A DNA stretch of 64,000 nucleotides from Alphaproteobacteria bacterium (GCA_033851915.1 JAWSVM010000002.1:3742-67741), one strand, 5' to 3'; shown: positions 19,545 through 29,171, counted from the first letter of the stretch. Numbers and translations are program-made. Notes: a model not told the origin generated them from the letters alone.

Positions 19545-21149
19545 TTACCTACCACAAGGGTCAGTGTACGCGTCTGGCATATCGCCAATTAGCATCCACC
19601 CGTCCCGTGTTACCTTATTATGTCCAATTTCCAGCATAGCCGATTCTTTTCCTTCTTCAACCCTATTATGGCCTGAATTATTGGCTGAATGCGCTTCTTG
19701 CCCCTTTAATTTATTTTTCAACATCGCCAGACCCTCTTTGGCCTTCTCCGATAGGTCTACATCAGGAAGATTAATATAGCCTTTCTCTTTCAAAGGAGGA
19801 TTAATATCAAGCACCTTCACAACCTCCTCTATCTTATCTTTCACACGCACATGCGTATACCCCGCCATAACACGGGCACCGTTATGCCCCTCTATCATCT
19901 GGGATATTGACACACCGCGCCCATAATAATATGAGTCACCAGACAGCGTAACACCGCGTGGAGACAAAGTTAGCAAATGCGCATAATCCATATTTTCCGG
20001 AATTATCTTATCATCAAACGGCAAAGCCCCTTCATCTTCCATCTCCACCACATCGATAACAGATATCTTTGAGCGCGCCATCATCATTAAAGTAATCAAC
20101 CCGTCTTCGTTCACATACATCCCGTGTGCAGAGTAATCATGATGCCCTGTCTCTCCGTGGTAATATCGCTGCCACATCGTTTTCCCATTATTACCATCCA
20201 ACAACATAAGCCAGCTTCCCACAGGATTAGAATCGGCTGGAAGCACCTCTCCAAACACAAGAATGTAGCGATCACGGTAACTGGCAGAAACATTAAGCTT
20301 AGCCGATAAGCCTCTGCCATACTCTCTTTGCCATGCCAATGATAGATCTGCATTCAGGCGCAATGCCCATGCAATTTGCTTTCCGATATTATTTTCGAAA
20401 TAGCCAGTAGCGATATAACCGGTTGTTTTGTCCTCAAATTTCGATACGGACAGACTTAATATTTCACTATCCTTCCCCATAATATATCCGCGACTGGCCT
20501 TATCGTTTCCACTTTTATCCAACAAGTACACAAAGGCACTTTTGCGTAATGTTTTATTTTTACCTTCACCAATTGTGGACTCGGCCGTCACAGAAACAGT
20601 CCAACCTTGTCCATCCGCAGACTCAACAATATCCGTTGCAGACAAATCGAAGCTCTTATCTTGAATTGTCTTCTGCGCGGTCAATGCAAGATCCTTATCA
20701 AAGAAACCTAACCAGACCGTCGTATGTGCCTGTGATTTTCGCCTATGCGCCATAACCAGATAACCATCACCATGGCGCAGCATTTTCACAACACCGTGCA
20801 GGCCGCTAATCTTATGGTATTTCTCGCGAATTTTTCGGCCTCGATGGTCAAAGTGAACAAACATCAAAGAAGGCGCAGCCCCAACTGCAGCGCGCGTTTC
20901 TCCAACAGCCAGTACATTATTTTCCAAATTAACCACAGACACAAATGCCTCATCACGCTGGTCTTTACCATAGGCACTATCCCAAACCGTATAAGACCCT
21001 GGATCAGGATGATGCAGTTTGGTTACCATCTCATAATGCGTTTCGCATTGCTGTGCCTTACTTGTCTGCGGCATTACAATTGCTATACTCACAAATAAAA
21101 GCGCATAAAAGGGGTTTGAAATAAAAAAATTATTGAGCATCGACTTCAT
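19545..21149 (-). CDS. secreted hypothetical protein
   Basis: Start trimmed to ATG 21149 (MKSMLNNFF...VMPQTSKAQQ signal peptide). This removes the overlap with the divergent glycosyltransferase gene. No known motif is recognised. Confidence 0.6.
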   Translation of the reverse strand: MKSMLNNFFISNPFYALLFVSIAIVMPQTSKAQQCETHYEMVTKLHHPDPGSYTVWDSAYGKDQRDEAFVSVVNLENNVLAVGETRAAVGAAPSLMFVHFDHRGRKIREKYHKISGLHGVVKMLRHGDGYLVMAHRRKSQAHTTVWLGFFDKDLALTAQKTIQDKSFDLSATDIVESADGQGWTVSVTAESTIGEGKNKTLRKSAFVYLLDKSGNDKASRGYIMGKDSEILSLSVSKFEDKTTGYIATGYFENNIGKQIAWALRLNADLSLAWQREYGRGLSAKLNVSASYRDRYILVFGEVLPADSNPVGSWLMLLDGNNGKTMWQRYYHGETGHHDYSAHGMYVNEDGLITLMMMARSKISVIDVVEMEDEGALPFDDKIIPENMDYAHLLTLSPRGVTLSGDSYYYGRGVSISQMIEGHNGARVMAGYTHVRVKDKIEEVVKVLDINPPLKEKGYINLPDVDLSEKAKEGLAMLKNKLKGQEAHSANNSGHNRVEEGKESAMLEIGHNKVTRDGWMLIGDMPDAYTDPCGR

Positions 21150-21224
21150 CACGTTTAGGGTAAAGTATGGTATCAGGAGAGATACCCCCCAACTTATCCA
21201 CAAGTGTAGAGCCGAATAAGTAAA

Positions 21225-22271
21225 ATGTCTATGAGAGTTCTTATTATCAGTGATGCATGGCATCCGCAAATTAACGGCGTCGTGCGCACATATGAACACC
21301 TTAGCCGTGAATTGATGGCCGCGGGGCATCACGTTGAGGTCATTGGCCCTGCTGACTTTGCGGCCAGTGTGCCTATGCCCTTTTATCCGGAAATAAAGTT
21401 GGTGATCCGCCCATTCAGACGGTTAAGACGATTGATAAAAGACTTCAAACCCGACAAAGTTCACATCGCAACCGAAGGGCCATTAGGCTGGGCGGCGCGT
21501 AAATACTGCATAAAAAACGGTATCAAGTTTACCAGCTGCTATCACACGCAATTCCCTGATTATGTTGCCAAGCGTTTTGCGTGGCTTATCCCACCACTTT
21601 ATAATGTCGTGCACAGGATCGGCATTCGCATTGTGCGCCATTTTCACGCCCCCTCAAACACCTTGATGGTTGCCACAAAAAGCCTGGAAACGCAGTTGCT
21701 GGAGTGGGATTTCAAGACGATTATAAAACCTCTGTCACGCGGCGTAGAAACCTCTATTTTCCATCCGGAGAAAAGTGAAAATGAAAAAAACATGCTAAGC
21801 GACTTAAAATCACCTATTGCTCTTTATGTCGGGCGGATCGCGATTGAAAAAAATCTTGAAGATTTTATGGATATGGAATGGAGCGGCAGCAAAATTATGG
21901 TTGGCGACGGCCCAACGCGCAGTTCATTGGAAAAAAAATATCCAGACACCATCTTTGTCGGCAAGAAAACCCGTGAAGAGCTTGCAAGTTATTATCGTGC
22001 CTCCGATGTTTTTGTCTTCCCCTCAAGAACAGATACTTTCGGCATCGTACTGATTGAAGCTTTAGCTTGTGGCCTCCCCGTTGCAGCCTACGATGTTATC
22101 GGTCCCAAAGACATTATAATCCACGATTACCTCGGCGCACTAAGTGATACAGACCTTGCCGAAGCAACAAAACGCGCCTTAATACAAGTTGATAAGCGCA
22201 AATGCGCACAACATATAAAAGATAATTACAGCTGGAAAGCCGCAGGAAAGCAGTTCATTGAAGCTTTGTGA
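21225..22271 (+). CDS. family 1 (GT4-type) glycosyltransferase
   Basis: RVLIISDAWHPQINGVVRT at the N-terminus and the C-terminal donor-binding motif FVFPSRTDTFGIVLIEALACGLPV. Confidence 0.85.
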   Translation: MSMRVLIISDAWHPQINGVVRTYEHLSRELMAAGHHVEVIGPADFAASVPMPFYPEIKLVIRPFRRLRRLIKDFKPDKVHIATEGPLGWAARKYCIKNGIKFTSCYHTQFPDYVAKRFAWLIPPLYNVVHRIGIRIVRHFHAPSNTLMVATKSLETQLLEWDFKTIIKPLSRGVETSIFHPEKSENEKNMLSDLKSPIALYVGRIAIEKNLEDFMDMEWSGSKIMVGDGPTRSSLEKKYPDTIFVGKKTREELASYYRASDVFVFPSRTDTFGIVLIEALACGLPVAAYDVIGPKDIIIHDYLGALSDTDLAEATKRALIQVDKRKCAQHIKDNYSWKAAGKQFIEAL

Positions 22272-22279
22272 TACACAAA

Positions 22280-22303
22280 AAAAGCAATAACCATTTGCTT
22301 TTC
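22280..22303 (+). terminator. weak AT-rich hairpin AAAGCAA-N7-TTGCTTT after the glycosyltransferase gene
   Basis: Read directly. Only two GC pairs, so it is weak. Confidence 0.3.
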
Positions 22304-22353
22304 AACCCCTATTTTTTCTACACTAATACAAATTACAGGCTAACGGAGATTAT

Positions 22354-22719
22354 ATGGCCAATATATTACTGGCAGAAGACGATAAATCCATGCTGAACTT
22401 CTTAGTTCTGGCCTTGGAACGTGCCGACCATAAAGTCACCGCAAAGCAAAGCGGCATTGATGCCTTAAACGCCTTAAAAGAAGGCACTGGTTTTGACCTT
22501 CTCCTAACCGATATTGTCATGCCCGGCTTGGACGGAATAGAGCTTGCACAAAAAGCAACCGAAGCCCATCCCGATATAAAAATCATGTTCATCACCGGCT
22601 TTGCCGCCATGGCCATGCGCAGCGATAGCGACGAAACACCGAAAAATTCCAAAACAATGTCAAAGCCATTCCATCTTAATGATTTGGTCGAACAAGTTGA
22701 TAAAATTTTGGCTGATTAG
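22354..22719 (+). CDS. cpdR: single-domain response regulator, CpdR-like
   Basis: 121-aa receiver. ILLAEDD, LLLTDIVMPGLDGIELA and IMFITGFAAMA closely mirror remembered Caulobacter CpdR. Confidence 0.8.
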   Translation: MANILLAEDDKSMLNFLVLALERADHKVTAKQSGIDALNALKEGTGFDLLLTDIVMPGLDGIELAQKATEAHPDIKIMFITGFAAMAMRSDSDETPKNSKTMSKPFHLNDLVEQVDKILAD

Positions 22720-22721
22720 CT

Positions 22722-22832
22722 ATGATATTTATCAAACAAATTTACACTACAATCACCTCTATTATAGCATTCATCATAGTAATACCAATCCTGATAGTTA
22801 AGCTGCTCTGGAATACTTTCGTAATAATATAA
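22722..22832 (+). CDS. possible 36-aa hydrophobic peptide; the frame continues through a TAA into a second hydrophobic segment ending at 22973
   Basis: My own translation gives MIFIKQIYTTITSIIAFIIVIPILIVKLLWNTFVII*, then AVLLTIAWISFAFGSVIGVILLLIFLGFEGFFFPMALIMFCIPITE*. Confidence 0.25.
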   Translation: MIFIKQIYTTITSIIAFIIVIPILIVKLLWNTFVII

Positions 22833-23065
22833 GCTGTATTATTAACTATTGCATGGATTAGTTTTGCCTTCGGTTCTGTTATAGGCGTGATCTTATTGTT
22901 AATTTTCTTAGGATTTGAAGGGTTTTTCTTTCCGATGGCATTAATTATGTTTTGCATTCCAATAACAGAATAAAAATAGCTTAAAGGAAAAAACATGATT
23001 TCCGTTTCACTTAATCATGCATAAGATTTTTTATAGTGCGCTTTGCTTACTGATAAAATCTAAAA

Positions 23066-23140
23066 TGGTGGGCGGTACAAGGATTGAACTTGTGACCCCT
23101 TGCGTGTCGAGCAAGTGCTCTACCGCTGAGCTAACCGCCC
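23066..23140 (-). tRNA. tRNA-Val (GAC)
   Basis: 75-nt cloverleaf on the minus strand: acceptor GGGCGGT/ACCGCCC, discriminator A, anticodon stem CTTGC/GCAAG, loop TCGACAC, T-loop TTCAATC, encoded CCA. Confidence 0.88.
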
Positions 23141-23221
23141 ACTCTAAGCGATAGGAGGATAGTGATACGTGCAAAAGGCAAACTATTCAAGTCCCAATTT
23201 CCAAATATTTCACCACAGATA

Positions 23222-24571
23222 TTAAGGATGATCGGAAACGCCTTCACTCTCTTCCGGATAATCTACATCTGTGACATGCTCTTTCTCGGTATTCGAGAGT
23301 TTAGACACCACATAAAACAGAACGGTAAACCCAATCACAGCTGCATTCAGGTCATAAAACAACGTCACCAGCATCGTTCCACCAATAAACATAATCTCCG
23401 GATGAGACACAAACCCCGGCGCAGATTTATCCTTTGGCGCTTTCCCCATCATTTGCGCCACATAAAGCTTCAAAGGTTGCCAATCAAACACGTCATAACC
23501 AACCTTGAACAAGATCCCGCAGAACACAGCAGATGGAATAAGGGAAAAGAAATCTTTAAACAAGAAAATCTCCACAAACACAAACAGGCCAACGCATACA
23601 CCAGCGAGGCGCATCGTTGCGTTTTCTTTTAACATCAAGACAGAGCGAATAGTGGCCTGCGCACCGGGAATACCGCCAACCATAGCCGCCAAGCCATTTG
23701 CTGCCCCCTGCGCCATCAATTCTTTATTCTGGCGCGTACGCTCCCCGCTCATATTATCCACCACAAGAGAAGTAAGCAGCGTATCGAGATAACAAAGCAA
23801 TGTCAGCTGCAAAGCAAAAGGCAAGGCAATCATCAAATCGCTCATCTGCACATTATGCGGCACTTGCGCGGCAATAACATTACCAAGATCGCTCAACGTA
23901 TTCACATTGCTCTCCAGAGAGGTAAATTGCACAGGCAAATGCACTATATACGCAAAAGCGGAGCTGATAATGATTGCGAGCAACGTTCCAGGCAGATATA
24001 TCGCCAATCTAGGTGATATTTTCTTTAAAACCATCGGGCACACAAAAATCAGAATAATCGTCATCACCGCAATAACAGCATTCCACAGCATAACACCCGA
24101 TAACGCCGCCGTGCCTCCAAGGCCAAACAGCACTTTCATTTGGCTGTTCCAGATCAGCAAAGCAATACCACTCATAAACCCTGAAACAACAACATTGGGT
24201 ATCAAATTAATAAACCGTCCAAGGCGCAATAATCCCGTAAGGATAAGTAAGCCCGACATTAAGAGGAACACCAAGGTTATAAATTGATCACTGGAAAGCT
24301 GCGCTTCATATTCACTCACCGCAAAGGCAATCACCACAGCTGTGATTGTGCTCATCGGCGCCGTTGGGCCGGAGCATTGCACCCTCGTCCCGCCAAACAT
24401 CGCCGTCACAAAAGCAATAACACCCGCGGAAATCATACCCGCAAACGCCCCGCGCCCCGACAAGATCCCCAATGATGCGCCAAGGCTGATCGCAACGAAG
24501 CTGACCGCCAGACCAATGGTTATATTCTTAAATAAGTCTTCTAAAGAAGTTTTTTTGGGGGATGTATCCAT
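23222..24571 (-). CDS. SulP-family anion transporter without an obvious STAS domain
   Basis: FGGTRVQCSGPTAPMS and multiple TM segments. The start is set at ATG 24571 (MDTSPKK). Confidence 0.85.
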   Translation of the reverse strand: MDTSPKKTSLEDLFKNITIGLAVSFVAISLGASLGILSGRGAFAGMISAGVIAFVTAMFGGTRVQCSGPTAPMSTITAVVIAFAVSEYEAQLSSDQFITLVFLLMSGLLILTGLLRLGRFINLIPNVVVSGFMSGIALLIWNSQMKVLFGLGGTAALSGVMLWNAVIAVMTIILIFVCPMVLKKISPRLAIYLPGTLLAIIISSAFAYIVHLPVQFTSLESNVNTLSDLGNVIAAQVPHNVQMSDLMIALPFALQLTLLCYLDTLLTSLVVDNMSGERTRQNKELMAQGAANGLAAMVGGIPGAQATIRSVLMLKENATMRLAGVCVGLFVFVEIFLFKDFFSLIPSAVFCGILFKVGYDVFDWQPLKLYVAQMMGKAPKDKSAPGFVSHPEIMFIGGTMLVTLFYDLNAAVIGFTVLFYVVSKLSNTEKEHVTDVDYPEESEGVSDHP

Positions 24572-24754
24572 GTTGCTACCAATCAAAACGCGCAATAAAA
24601 TTTCAACGCATAAGAACCATGTTTTACAACCTAAGTCAAAAAGTCTTTTCTTAGCGAATATTAAGACAAACACCTTATAAACATGTTATATTTTATTGAC
24701 ATAAAGACATGGCGCTGTTACACCCACGTCAAATATAAAAAACAGGTGATAAAA

Positions 24755-25261
24755 ATGAGCATCAAACCAGAAGATCTAAAGCTAGAAGACGTCCACAATA
24801 CCATCGCCTCACTTAAAGATTGGGCCGTCGGGCTTACTGATGTAAATGTCACCCCTGAAAGCGTCGCTGCTATTTATAATGAAGAATATGCCGAGCTGAA
24901 AGGCACACTCGCCACTGAATCTGTTTTTACAAAGGCCGGCATCAAAGATTATTTTGAGCATCTCCTCGATAAAACATATAATGGACAGGTTGGGGTTACC
25001 TTTAATTCCATTGCGCCTAACACCGATCATGACGGATGTGTCGGCCATTACACATTTAGTTTTCTAAACAAAGACCAAGAAAAAACAGACTTACACGCCA
25101 CATTTGAATTCAAAGCCGGCAAAGATGGTGGTGGCATTTCTTATCACCACTCCTACAAGGAAGAAGAAACACCTGAAGAACTGGCAGACCAACTTCCCGA
25201 CGATTATCAAGACTTTGAAGACGACGAGCCTGACGCTCTGGCCTCTATAGATTTAGGGTAA
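24755..25261 (+). CDS. hypothetical protein with an acidic C-terminal tail (possible NTF2/SnoaL-like fold)
   Basis: 168-aa ORF from ATG 24755. The fold guess is weak. Confidence 0.45.
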   Translation: MSIKPEDLKLEDVHNTIASLKDWAVGLTDVNVTPESVAAIYNEEYAELKGTLATESVFTKAGIKDYFEHLLDKTYNGQVGVTFNSIAPNTDHDGCVGHYTFSFLNKDQEKTDLHATFEFKAGKDGGGISYHHSYKEEETPEELADQLPDDYQDFEDDEPDALASIDLG

Positions 25262-25410
25262 AGCAACCGCTTTATAGCCTTCCCCCCTTCCACTATAAAA
25301 AAATAGTGATCTTTTAACTATTTCACGTTATACTTATGAGATAGCTATCTTGCTATTTCCTTTTTCCCGATTACTGGGTGTTTCAAATGATACAGATACA
25401 AAAAATAAAT

Positions 25411-25968
25411 ATGACATTACGTGCAACCCTTGCCATTGCATTACTGGCAATATCCGCGCCATCTTATGCAGATGAAAAGGTCGTTGATATACTGCCGCCA
25501 ATCACACATGCAAATACAATGGAAGTGGAAGATATCGGTGAGGCAACCCACCCTATCATTCGTCTGACACCTGATAAGTCAGAGCTAATTCATCTTGATG
25601 ACAGTGCGACAAGCATCATTATCGGCAACCCTGCACACATTAATGTGATTGCAGATTCAGCCAAACTCCTTGTGATTATACCAAAAGCCCCTGGGGCAAC
25701 ACATTTCACAATTCTAGGTAAAAACGGGCAAATCATCATGCAAAGACATGTCATTGTTGCCAGCCCGAAAAAAGATTATCTACGCATTAAACGCACCTGC
25801 TCCGATAGTGATGACAACTGTCAAGCCACCAGTGTTTTCTATTGCCCTGACATGTGTCATGAAATAAGATCAATGGAAGATTCTGAATCATCTATGGAAG
25901 CGGATGGCAGCAAAAATTCTGCGTCAAACAGTAATACGGCCTCTGCGCCGAATAATGAAACCGAATAA
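25411..25968 (+). CDS. pilus formation protein, N-terminal (CpaC-N-like) domain protein
   Basis: A signal peptide is followed by IRLTPDKSELIHLDDSATSIIIGNPAHINVIADSAKLLVIIPKAPGATHFTILG, typical of the secretin N-terminal-like domain. Confidence 0.7.
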   Translation: MTLRATLAIALLAISAPSYADEKVVDILPPITHANTMEVEDIGEATHPIIRLTPDKSELIHLDDSATSIIIGNPAHINVIADSAKLLVIIPKAPGATHFTILGKNGQIIMQRHVIVASPKKDYLRIKRTCSDSDDNCQATSVFYCPDMCHEIRSMEDSESSMEADGSKNSASNSNTASAPNNETE

Positions 25969-25997
25969 AAAAGCAAGAATACAAAGGGCTACAGAGC

Positions 25998-26675
25998 ATG
26001 AAAAAAATTACGCGTTATATGGTTCTCGCCATTGCGATCGCACAACTTACAGCCTGTCAGACAACTGGCAGTGATCCTGTCGAAACAACAAAAACGCCCG
26101 ACAACGTTTCAGAACGTATAGAAGCAGCCCTTGAAAAAGTCGCATTATCCAATGGCTCTAAAACCGCTGGCCTTATCTCTCTTGAAAAGAAATACAAGCG
26201 CAACAGCGAAGACCCGATGAAAGCTCTGGCCTACGCCAAAGGATTACGTCAGGCAAATTACCTTAATCGCGCCTCTCTTATCCTCACCCCTTTCACAAAA
26301 GCGGGTGATGCGTATCCGGGTATAAACACAGAAATGTCAATGATTGCACTTGGCCTTGGTAACTACGATTCTGCGGAACTTTACGCACAGCACGCTATTT
26401 TGCAAAATCCGGAAGATCACAATGCCTATCAAAACCTTGGTATTGCTTTAGATGCAAAAGAAATGCACCCCGAAGCAGAACGCGCTTTCCGTAAGGGACT
26501 AGAGCATTGGAAAGGCAATCCAACGACAATAATGAACAACCTCGCTCTTAATCTCGCCACACAAGGCTTCATCGATGAAGCTGTAGAAGTGCTGGAACGT
26601 GCACAAGCCCTCTCTCCTGACAGAATTGAGATTGAACGCAACTTGCGTATTATCCGCACATTGAACGAGAGATGA
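25998..26675 (+). CDS. tadD: TPR-repeat lipoprotein, TadD-like
   Basis: Lipobox LTAC, TPR-like repeats, and location in the Tad locus. Confidence 0.7.
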   Translation: MKKITRYMVLAIAIAQLTACQTTGSDPVETTKTPDNVSERIEAALEKVALSNGSKTAGLISLEKKYKRNSEDPMKALAYAKGLRQANYLNRASLILTPFTKAGDAYPGINTEMSMIALGLGNYDSAELYAQHAILQNPEDHNAYQNLGIALDAKEMHPEAERAFRKGLEHWKGNPTTIMNNLALNLATQGFIDEAVEVLERAQALSPDRIEIERNLRIIRTLNER

Positions 26676-27046
26676 CCCCTATTCCACGACAGGGTTTTCC
26701 CATAAATAATAATTCACTGATTATTGCATGTGGCTGGCTGCTCATTGCATGTGGCATGGCATTAACCATGTTTATCGCCTACACGGCTTATCAAATCTTA
26801 GCCCATCCACAAGATGTGGCTCTCGTTCAATATGTAATTTCACAGATACCTGCTGACCCATCATTCTTCGTTGTCACGATGACAGAAAACCACGAGGCAA
26901 GCACAATTGCCATACCGCAATCTTTTGCTCTTATCATCTATCTATTATTTACCCTACTCGCCTTTCGGATAGTGTCATCATGCTCTGTTGAAATAATCCG
27001 CGCCGGTGTGCAGATTCTTACACAGGTAAAAAATAGAGAAAAATAG
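26672..27046 (+). CDS. small membrane protein, apparently translationally coupled to tadD (ATGA overlap)
   Basis: 124 aa with at least two hydrophobic helices. Confidence 0.5.
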   Translation: MTPIPRQGFPINNNSLIIACGWLLIACGMALTMFIAYTAYQILAHPQDVALVQYVISQIPADPSFFVVTMTENHEASTIAIPQSFALIIYLLFTLLAFRIVSSCSVEIIRAGVQILTQVKNREK

Positions 27047-27060
27047 TAAAGGCCTAGCCA

Positions 27061-27075
27061 AAGGGATTTTCCCTT
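27061..27075. terminator. short hairpin AAGGG-ATTTT-CCCTT between convergent genes
   Basis: Read directly. Weak. Confidence 0.3.
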
Positions 27076-27121
27076 CTGCAACGATACGTATTCTTATACA
27101 CTAGAAATGCCGTAACACAGG

Positions 27122-28075
27122 CTATCCGCCGCGCATTGCGGAGACTTGCATACTCGCCGGCCCAAGGATAATAACAAACAGAACGGGCAAGAAAAACACA
27201 ATCATCGGCACAGTCAATTTAGGTGGTAGAGAAGCCGCCTTTTGTTCCGCCGCCGCCATACGCATATCCCGCAATTCATCAGACATAACGCGCATCGCTT
27301 GAGAAACCGATGTACCATACTGCTCAGCCTGTATCAGTGAAGTGGCAAAACTCTTGCCTGCTCCACTACCAACGCGGCGCGCAAAATCTTGTAAAGCTTT
27401 CCTGCGATCATTCAACATCGCCATCTCCGCACAAAGAATACCCAGCTCCTCTGATAAAATTTCAGATTGATCTGCAACTTCTTCTGCCACGCGCTGTACA
27501 GTTTGTTCCAAGCCAATACCACCCTGCACACAAATCAGCATCATATCCAATGCATCAGGAAAGCTTATATTAATTTCTTCCTGACGCTTAATAATAATGT
27601 TTTTAATCAGAATGTCAGGCATTTTGAAACCAAACAGCGCACTACCAAACAACATAGACATTTGTATCAGATTGCTGAATTGCTTATCCTCCGGTACGAC
27701 AGAAAGATAGAATGCGCAAATACCAAGGAACACAAATGGCAGAACAGCCCGTGAAATCAAAAATCTCATATGTGCTTTCGGATTACGTATCCCCGCCTGC
27801 AACATTTTATCACGCGCCTTCTCACCCATAGAACCCGCAAGACGTTGAAACCTATAGAACATCGCCATGTTATCACGCGCAGAGACACTGTCATCTTTGA
27901 TAATTCTATTGCCGCCTTCACGTGACAATTGATAAAGATCCTGACGGCGTTTCTCAATAATCGATCTGGTTTTTTCTTTCTTATCCGACCTCTGCAGAAA
28001 CGGAAACGCAAACGCCGCGAAGGAAATTCCCGCCGCAATCGCTGCAACCATCGTAATAAACATCTCATCATTCAT
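27122..28075 (-). CDS. tadC: type II secretion system F-family protein TadC
   Basis: GspF-like domain (FPDALDMMLICVQGGIGLEQ) with a C-terminal TM pair. Confidence 0.9.
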   Translation of the reverse strand: MNDEMFITMVAAIAAGISFAAFAFPFLQRSDKKEKTRSIIEKRRQDLYQLSREGGNRIIKDDSVSARDNMAMFYRFQRLAGSMGEKARDKMLQAGIRNPKAHMRFLISRAVLPFVFLGICAFYLSVVPEDKQFSNLIQMSMLFGSALFGFKMPDILIKNIIIKRQEEINISFPDALDMMLICVQGGIGLEQTVQRVAEEVADQSEILSEELGILCAEMAMLNDRRKALQDFARRVGSGAGKSFATSLIQAEQYGTSVSQAMRVMSDELRDMRMAAAEQKAASLPPKLTVPMIVFFLPVLFVIILGPASMQVSAMRGG

Positions 28076-28092
28076 AAGAGCACCATTCCCTT

Positions 28093-29070
28093 TTAAATCT
28101 TAAAGTTAATCATTTTTTTCATAACCAATATGCCGCACGTCATCCACATCGCCGAATTCATCAGCATGCCACGCCCTTCCTCAGTCGTGAACATCGGCTC
28201 CAGATAATCCGGATTAACCGCATATAAACCCGCTCCAACCAAAGGCGGCAACGCGCCAATAATCGATGCCGAAGCAACCGCCTCCGAAGACAGCGCCATA
28301 ACTTTACGCTTAAGACGAAAACGTGCACGAATAACACGTGATAAATTCGTCAGAACCTCAGACAGGCTAGATCCCGTTTGTGCTTGAATAGATAGGCCTG
28401 CCGCAAACATTTTCATTTCCGGTAACGGCATGCGTTTTGTGCCCTCAGCAGCAGCCTCATGCAATGGAATCCCAATCTTCTGCTTATCATAAATAATCGA
28501 CATTTCCTCACCCACCGGGCCATCGAATTCACGGCTAATCATCAACACCGCCTCAGCCACCGGCATACCGGCTTGCAACAACCGCACAACCGCATCCAAC
28601 GCATCGGAAAATTCCTCAAGAAATGCTTTTTGACGTTTCAATACCATCTTGCGTAAAATAAATCGTGGAAACCCCATAAACCCGACAATCCCCAGCATAA
28701 CCAATATATGTAGCTCAACTTGAAAATATTTCCCCAACCCTAAAAATGCAAAGCAAGACACAACAGATAAAACCCAAAACTTAGTGGTCTTACCTGACAA
28801 GCCTGCCTGCTGTAATTTCAAAGAGATGGATGTTTTATCCTTACCATCCTCGCCTTCATCCTTGCTGGATTTCAGTTTTCTGGCAATTTCCGCTCGACGC
28901 TTATTCTGCAAATCTTTTTCATCAACGCGCGCTTCCCCCGTTTTTCTTCCACGGATCATCTCAATATTCTTCTTTGATTGCTTAGAGCTTGCGTTCATCG
29001 CAATAAACATCACAACCCCGACAATCAGGAATACAATCGCAGCAATAAGAATAATTTGAATTGTTGTCAT
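28093..29070 (-). CDS. tadB: type II secretion system F-family protein TadB
   Basis: GspF-like domain (FSDALDAVVRLLQAGMPVAEA). Confidence 0.9.
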   Translation of the reverse strand: MTTIQIILIAAIVFLIVGVVMFIAMNASSKQSKKNIEMIRGRKTGEARVDEKDLQNKRRAEIARKLKSSKDEGEDGKDKTSISLKLQQAGLSGKTTKFWVLSVVSCFAFLGLGKYFQVELHILVMLGIVGFMGFPRFILRKMVLKRQKAFLEEFSDALDAVVRLLQAGMPVAEAVLMISREFDGPVGEEMSIIYDKQKIGIPLHEAAAEGTKRMPLPEMKMFAAGLSIQAQTGSSLSEVLTNLSRVIRARFRLKRKVMALSSEAVASASIIGALPPLVGAGLYAVNPDYLEPMFTTEEGRGMLMNSAMWMTCGILVMKKMINFKI

Positions 29071-29154
29071 CGCGCTATACCGCCCTTTTCGTAAAGATGG
29101 TTTTACAGGCAGAGAAATGAGATGAAGATAGCAGGTTTCGAGAACCGGAGCACA

Positions 29155-29171
29155 GCGTATTCATTATACGC
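29155..29171. repeat. GCGTAT-TCATT-ATACGC hairpin in the tadB-cpaF spacer
   Basis: Read directly. It is a member of the small hairpin family (see findings). Confidence 0.7.

Noticed and set aside
21150-21332. N-terminal 61-codon extension of the 595-aa ORF
   Set aside because: The extension overlaps the divergent glycosyltransferase start and has no signal peptide. The internal ATG at 21149 gives a textbook signal peptide.
22742-22996. 84-aa minus-strand ORF after cpdR
   Set aside because: The sequence is N/I/K-rich and non-protein-like. The plus-strand frame gives far more convincing TM-like peptides.
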